From positions 1 through 64,000 of the forward strand of contig CBFFSA010000010.1 of the NCBI GenBank assembly GCA_965644495.1: DNA of 64,000 nt. Reading direction: 5' to 3'. The notes below the pieces were generated by a model. The model saw nothing but the letters and a program-made list of their open reading frames with translations. It searched no databases and was not told the DNA's origin. Source of the DNA: Perkinsela sp. CCAP 1560/9 (lineage: Eukaryota > Protista > Euglenozoa: Kinetoplastea). Position numbers and translations under genes: made by a program. Each line of letters begins with the position of its first letter. Position 1 is the first letter of the stretch. Positions 57,576-64,000 of the stretch are shown here, in pieces.

Positions 57576-58064
57576 TTGACCCCTACCTGGCTAGGGGGGG
57601 TAGGGGGTCGAGTGAAAATGCTTCCCCTACGAAATGCCCTTGACCTCTTCTCTGATGACAAGCGAAAACCAATGTCAACTTCGGTGGCTCCTATCTTGGC
57701 GCAGTTGAAGGACGAAGCAAAAAAAAGCAACTCCTTAGAAAACTCATTGCGCTATCACCTGCAACGTCTCGAAAAACAGCATGCTATGAAATTTTTTAGT
57801 AATGTGATGTGGTTGAGTCCACCGTACATCACTTTTCGCGACAAAAGTATTTATCCCCCATCGGTTGATACTATGAACGACATGCTTGGCAACACCCTTC
57901 CCATGTTTCTTTGCACCGCAGAAGCATGGGAAGACTACGTGTATTGCACCAATTTTAACTGGCCAGGAGGACGATGCTGTGACGTTACGTGGTGGGAAAG
58001 CGTGGGCAAGATCCAATTCCCTCAGGTCTATGAATTGGCCAGATGCTACCTGCGGGTCACATGA
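57576..58064 (+). pseudogene. hAT-like transposase C-terminal fragment
   Basis: WWESVGKIQFPQVYELARCYL resembles the hAT dimerisation motif. Confidence 0.55.
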
Positions 58065-58214
58065 CACGTAACTCTGCGAGAGCTCTCGAATGCGGTGCTA
58101 CTTTCCAAAATTGTCCAAGTTATAGAAATTTTAACCCCCCCCCCCACATTTTCGTGCCCACCCCTGTATATCGTTTCCCGTATATTTAGCAGTATCATAA
58201 ATTGGTAAGAGGGT

Positions 58215-58422
58215 CAAAAACGTCAATTGCAAGTTTTTTAAGAAATTTCACCTTTTTGGCATAAACTTGAGCAGACGAACCTAGTACCCACAGTGCCACC
58301 CCTCCTTCTCTAGAACAATCCTCATTTTGTTTGGCACACTTTTTAATGTGCGTTCAACGAAACCAACTTCACTGAGCAGCTTATTGTACGAAGCTGTGAT
58401 GGATTCTTTCAATAAAATGACC
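58215..58422 (-). pseudogene. Second copy of the 3' end of the 48817 transposase element
   Basis: Homologous to ~48760-48945. Confidence 0.8.
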
Positions 58423-58622
58423 NNNNNNNNNNNNNNNNNNNNNNNNNNNNNNNNNNNNNNNNNNNNNNNNNNNNNNNNNNNNNNNNNNNNNNNNNNNNNN
58501 NNNNNNNNNNNNNNNNNNNNNNNNNNNNNNNNNNNNNNNNNNNNNNNNNNNNNNNNNNNNNNNNNNNNNNNNNNNNNNNNNNNNNNNNNNNNNNNNNNNN
58601 NNNNNNNNNNNNNNNNNNNNNN
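58423..58622. other. Assembly gap (200 N)
   Basis: N run. Confidence 1.
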
Positions 58623-59968
58623 CCTCTTTCTTCCTCTTTCTTCCTCTTTCTTCCTCTTTCTCTTTCTTCCTCTTTCTTCCTCTTTCTTCCTCTTTCTTCC
58701 TCTTTCTTCCTCTTTCTTCCTCTTTCTTCCTCTTTCTTCCTCTTTTCTTCCTCTTTTCTCCTCTTTCTTCCTCTTTCTTCCTCTTTCTTCCTCTTTCTTC
58801 CTCTTTCTTCCTCTTTCTTCCTCTTTCTTCCTCTTTCTTCCTCTTTCTTCCTCTTTCTTCCTCTTTCTTCCTCTTTCTTCCTCTTTCTTCCTCTTTCTTC
58901 CTTTTCTTCCTCTTTCTTCCTCTTTCTTCCTCTTTCTTCCTCTTTCTTCCTCTTTCTTCCTCTTTCTTCCTCTTTCTTCCTCTTTCTTCCTCTTTCTTCC
59001 TCTTTCTTCCTCTTTCTTCCTCTTTCTTCCTCTTTCTTCCTCTTTCTTCCTCTTTCTTCCTCTTTCTTCCTCTTTCTTCCTCTTTCTTCCTCTTTCTTCC
59101 TCTTTCTTCCTCTTTCTTCCTCTTTCTTCCTCTTTCTTCCTCTTTCTTCCTCTTTCTTCCTCTTTCTTCCTCTTTCTTCCTCTTTCTTCCTCTTTCTTCC
59201 TCTTTCTTCCTCTTTCTTCCTCTTTCTTCCTCTTTCTTCCTCTTTCTTCCTCTTTCTTCCTCTTTCTTCCTCTTTCTTCCTCTTTCTTCCTCTTTCTTCC
59301 TCTTTCTTCCTCTTTCTTCCTCTTTCTTCCTCTTTCTTCCTCTTTCTTCCTCTTTCTTCCTCTTTCTTCCTCTTTCTTCCTCTTTCTTCCTCTTTCTTCC
59401 TCTTTCTTCCTCTTTCTTCCTCTTTCTTCCTCTTTCTTCCTCTTTCTTCCTCTTTCTTCCTCTTTCTTCCTCTTTCTTCCTCTTTCTTCCTCTTTCTTCC
59501 TCTTTCTTCCTCTTTCTTCCTCTTTCTTCCTCTTTCTTCCTCTTTCTTCCTCTTTCTTCCTCTTTCTTCCTCTTTCTTCCTCTTTCTTCCTCTTTCTTCC
59601 TCTTTCTTCCTCTTTCTTCCTCTTTCTTCCTCTTTCTTCCTCTTTCTTCCTCTTTCTTCCTCTTTCTTCCTCTTTCTTCCTCTTTCTTCCTCTTTCTTCC
59701 TCTTTCTTCCTCTTTCTTCCTCTTTCTTCCTCTTTCTTCCTCTTTCTTCCTCTTTCTTCCTCTTTCTTCCTCTTTCTTCCTCTTTCTTCCTCTTTCTTCC
59801 TCTTTCTTCCTCTTTCTTCCTCTTTCTTCCTCTTTCTTCCTCTTTCTTCCTCTTTCTTCCTCTTTCTTCCTCTTTCTTCCTCTTTCTTCCTCTATCTTCC
59901 TCTTTCTTCCTCTTTCTTCCTCTTTCTTCCTCTTTCTTCCTCTTTCTTCCTCTTTCTTCCTCTTTCTT
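58623..59968. repeat. 10-bp satellite (TCTTTCTTCC)n
   Basis: Direct inspection. Confidence 0.97.
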
Positions 59969-60380
59969 GCGGACCTTCATCCGCAAAACCCGTATCATAT
60001 AAACCTCCCTGAGGACGCACCGCTGCTGACAGCGCTAGGGCCTGATGAATTAAAAGCGGCGAGCCAGAAATTGGCTAAGGGTGCCAGCCCGGGGCCCACA
60101 GGAACAACCGACGGATTGGTAAGGCTGTTGATCGACGACCCGGTGTGTACACACCCTAAATGATCTGTATCTTGCTGGCTCAAACATTGTATCCATTGAC
60201 GTCAAAAACGCATTCAATTCCCCTTCGCGCACAAAGATAGCCAAAGCAGTTTTTGGGTTGGCCACTTTAAAACCTTTTCATCGCTTCTTCTATGCAGAGT
60301 ACTCGGAGGCGTCGGAGCTGTGTTATTACGGATCGTGGGGTCGACTCACCGGGGTTCTTTCGAGCACAAACGGTGTACGT
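59969..60380 (+). pseudogene. Deleted RT fragment
   Basis: GASPGPTGTTD..RLLIDD, SIDVKNAFNSPSR, NGVR. Confidence 0.75.
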
Positions 60381-60540
60381 GACATTCCTGATGTAATGCC
60401 AATGCACCAATTGGAATCTCTTTTTTTTTTTTAGAACTTCAGTTATAGTATCCTAAATTTCATATCGTAAACTCATATTTCGCATTTCTGAAACACCAAC
60501 AAAAAAGATTATCACGCAAACTTGTGTCCTATCGTCCTTT

Positions 60541-62982
60541 TCAAGCTTTCATGGAACCGAGCCATGAAGCTCGCGGTAGGAGGTCACGGAGCTGTGAGAC
60601 AATTGTATAAGCGTTGAGTTTTTCAATCTCAAGCTGAAATGCCTCACGAACTTCAGGAACGTTAAGGTTCGCTCTCTTAGCGAGGGAGGCTATGAGATTC
60701 CGTGTGTGTTCGTGCAAAGAACCACTTTCGGTCATTGCAATGCACTTAAAGTAATCTTCTTCGATCCCGCCGGATTCAACGTACTTTTTCCTTTTCCTCT
60801 CAATCGCATTTTGCAACAGCTGTGTTTCAGTCATCTTCCGATAGCTTAAGCTTCCGGTGTGAACTGCGGTGATGTCATACAGTACTTCACCCATGTGTGG
60901 CCACATAATACCGAGGTCGGGGCCAGAGCGTATTCTTCGGGCACGACAACGGTGCTTCTCAATCGATTCTGGAGAAATGTGCGCTTTGCATTTTGTGCAG
61001 TAAAAGGAAGCATGCATGCGCGGTTCAATCACAGAGGGGAGGCCCGCTTTAGAGCACAGATCTGCTAGGAACCGTACAAGAGATGAATGCTTTCTTGTTG
61101 CGTTCATTCCTGCGCATTTTGTGCATCCGATTATATGTTGGAAGATTTCGTCCGATCTCATCTCAGCAGCACAACCCGGGCACTCGGCTCTTTCCGGCAT
61201 CGAAGGAAGCTTGATTCCCAACCTGGTCATAATGGTATATCGGAAAAGGTAGGGATTCACATATCCGCTAGTGGATTGTAGGTGGCGAAATGACGTCGTG
61301 GTTCGCTTCAGAATGGAGTCCAATCGTGGGTCTTTGCGTAGGTCTGTTGCTAGATCTTTTTGTTCTTTTTTTATGGCTTTGGATGCATGTACTCGAGCTG
61401 TTTGCTGCATGGGTTTCGTGTCTCTGTTTTGATCTTTCGACATGCGAATACCTACCGGAGCTTTAGGGGTAATTAGTTGCTCATCAATAGATTTTCGTGC
61501 GGTGTCAAAATAGTATCGCTGCTTCAGAGTAGAAGGAGTTAGCCCAAGGCCACCCAAGTGTTGCGGTAGTGACGCTAGTTGAATGGAAGTGTCATCTGCG
61601 AAGAACCAATATTTTACAATATCAGCAATTTCTGTGTCAAATCTTTGTGCCATATCCATGGACTCTGCCGGTCGGTGAACTCGAAGGTGATAATCGTTTC
61701 GCGGGAGTGCACATCGTTGCAGCATGGCGAGGGAGATGTTGCTAGGACCCATTTTTCGTAGCCTGCGGAATAAACATTGATGTTTCTCAAGTTTTCGGAC
61801 GAGAAGAGCACTTATCTCTGCACGTTGCCCAATGTAGGCGCCGAGAATTTTGATAGTTTTGTCACACTTGGATACCCCTAAAGAACTGAGAGCCAATGAT
61901 TGTTCGTTGTTTTGCTTAGTAGCTTCGTGATCAAACCATTCTGATTTCGAGAAGTTGATATTGAGGCCAATGTCGGATGATAATTCACGCAGCTGCAGGA
62001 AGGCTGCTTCTAGGGAAAGACGGTTTTTCGACGACATCGTCACATCATCCATATAGGCGCGGATTTTAACCTCGGGGAATAACTCGGCGACTTCCACCAA
62101 CGCTCCTTGTAGTAGTGCACAAAAGTAAAGAGAGGAAAGCGCAGAGCCTTGCCGTACCCCGGACGTGCTCTTTATCGTAGTGTGGAGGCGGTTGTTCGCA
62201 AAGAAAAGCAAGTCCGAGGGGTCGCCGTATTCGCAGTAGAACATCCGCATGAATGGTTTGAAAGCGCTGTTTTGCTGCAGTGCCCGTGCAATGGCCGCTC
62301 TGTGTGGAGTGTTATACGCGTTCGAGTAGTCTACTGTCAGGATAGTGTGTCCGGAATCGCGGTCCTTGAGGAGTTCGTGAACAATGCTTTCGCACGCGTT
62401 TTTCTGTAGGACTCCACGTTGGATGGGATAGAAGAAGCCTTTTAGAGATGCCTCGTGGCGTTGCAACAGAATGGAACCGCATATTTTTAGCACTGTATCA
62501 CCCATCGCGATTGGTCGTATGCCGTTTTGTGGTTTCGCAAGGGCAATAATTCTACATCGAGTTAATCTGTTGCGTACCGATGCGCATACATCACCATTGA
62601 TGACGTCCCTGAGCATGTGACATAGCGCGGTACAGGATTCGTTGTCGTCGGCTAATAGGCGGAGGATATTCTCACCGAGGCCTGTCGGCCCCGGGGCCGC
62701 TCCATGGGCAAGCTTGCTTATAGCCATCCGGACTTCTTCCAACTCAACCACACCGGCTGGCGGATATTCCTAAGTAGGTGCAGGGGGCGGGTCGCCAGGA
62801 GGGTGTAATTCTTTCAGCCGTCGTACCTTGTCGTCCAAACTTAGTGAGGAGTCGAGATAGACGTTGTCCAGAACCCTGGTTGCTTTGCCAAGATTCCCTG
62901 CGCGAGCTGCCTTTAGAGCGTTCCGGATTGAGCGCCGGTCAATTTCGAGTTCCTTCTGTTCTTCTTCGGTCAGATTGTCCAC
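60541..62982 (-). pseudogene. RT-Zn finger-RLE ORF of a CRE-like element (break near 62760)
   Basis: PGPTG, RPIAMGD, DYSNAYN, GVRQGSAL, YMDD, CPGC, SGPD..YDITAVH; 60541-62751 is intact. Confidence 0.92.
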
Positions 62983-63528
62983 TGCTTCGGGTTTGCCTCC
63001 GTGTCCAACTCGGGGCAGTGGCGCGACAATGTTTCTTTGGCAGAGGGTTTCTGTTCATCGCACCGCTTTTTTGACATGGATTTATGAGCTTGTGATTCTT
63101 TCTTCGAGTGGGTGTTCGGGCCGTTTGTGAGTTGGCAGGGGTTATGAACAAAGGATCTTCGTTCGTTTTTCAGTGCGTAGCTCGCTTTATCTTGGGAAAG
63201 CGAGATCTTGGCAGGTTCATGACGTTGGGCCTCACGGCTCTGGGAGACTTTCCGTGGCGGATCGCGCTTCTCGCTTTCGGAGCCGGATGATTCGCCTTCC
63301 TGTTTCGCTTGAATCAAACGGCGCCAGGTTGGACGTCGATGCTTCTTTTTGCGTCTACCAAAGCCGATATCGTCTAGCGTTTCAACAACTATGGGTCCGG
63401 AACTTCGGGTGTGTGGTTTGGATGACTTTCGGGCTTCGCTTTCGAGGCGCTCCTTCGATGTTGTATCTGGCTCCGTGGGCTTTTCTTCGGCCTGTCCAAA
63501 GGTGAATACTGGTGCACTGAATACTGGT

Positions 63529-63910
63529 GGTAGGAAGTCTGCAATGCTGAATCTTTGAAGTTACTCCGGAAATCGTGCCAAAAGCACACAAGATAACACA
63601 CAAAAAAAACAGTGATGACGGCACATAAGCTAAAATGCTAGATGATGATTTGGTTTTAATCTCAAGACGTTGCAACATCTTAGGACAGACATTGGTGATA
63701 AAGATAGATAAAAAGTGGAACTGAGTATGTGCAATGGTTATCAATTTTATCAAGTTCTAAAAGTTTATATATATGGCCCAAGAACATTGGGTAGGAAGTC
63801 TACAATGCTGAATCTTTGAAGTTACTCCGGAAATCGGGCCAAAAGCACACAAGATAACACAAAAAAAAACAGTAATGACGGCTCATAAGATAAAAATACC
63901 AGATGATGTT
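63529..63910 (+). repeat. ~118-bp diverged direct repeat (from ~63529 and ~63790)
   Basis: ggtaggaagtct.caatgctgaatctttgaagttactccggaaatcg occurs twice. Confidence 0.85.
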
Positions 63911-64000
63911 GGGTAGTGGGGACCTTCGATGAAGAGAACACCGGCGAGGACCTTTAGGAGATGGCCCGGCAGTACTTCCTGACCCACGTTACCTCAAGTT

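Noticed and set aside
58327-60012. 561-aa and 529-aa ORFs
   Set aside because: Translations of an N gap and a 10-bp satellite

Overview
Eukaryotic, probably kinetoplastid, DNA. The evidence is an intronless kinetoplastid-like SHMT, spliced-leader (SL)-like 35-mers and VIPER/TATE-type plus CRE/SLACS-type retroelements. About 1-37 kb is a nested cluster of retroelements: three gag-tyrosine recombinase-RT/RNaseH elements plus a fragment, and many pieces of RT + restriction-like-endonuclease (RLE) non-LTR elements. These are inserted into each other with target-site duplications (TSDs) of 7, 14, 15, 26, 55 and possibly 80 bp. About 37-45 kb holds non-coding mobile elements and satellites, 45-48 kb two host genes, and 48-64 kb Tc1/hAT/MITE debris, satellites, an assembly gap and another RT-RLE element. 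The most striking signal is a family of short non-coding retroelements that begin with SL sequence (sometimes stacked SL relics), end in (CAA)n or poly(A), and carry covarying RNA motifs. One motif is a 12-copy bulged hairpin whose unpaired bases are complementary to the SL 3' half. Another is a 5-copy three-way junction with a pseudoknot (ribozyme candidate). All alignments and folds were done by eye; no database search was possible.
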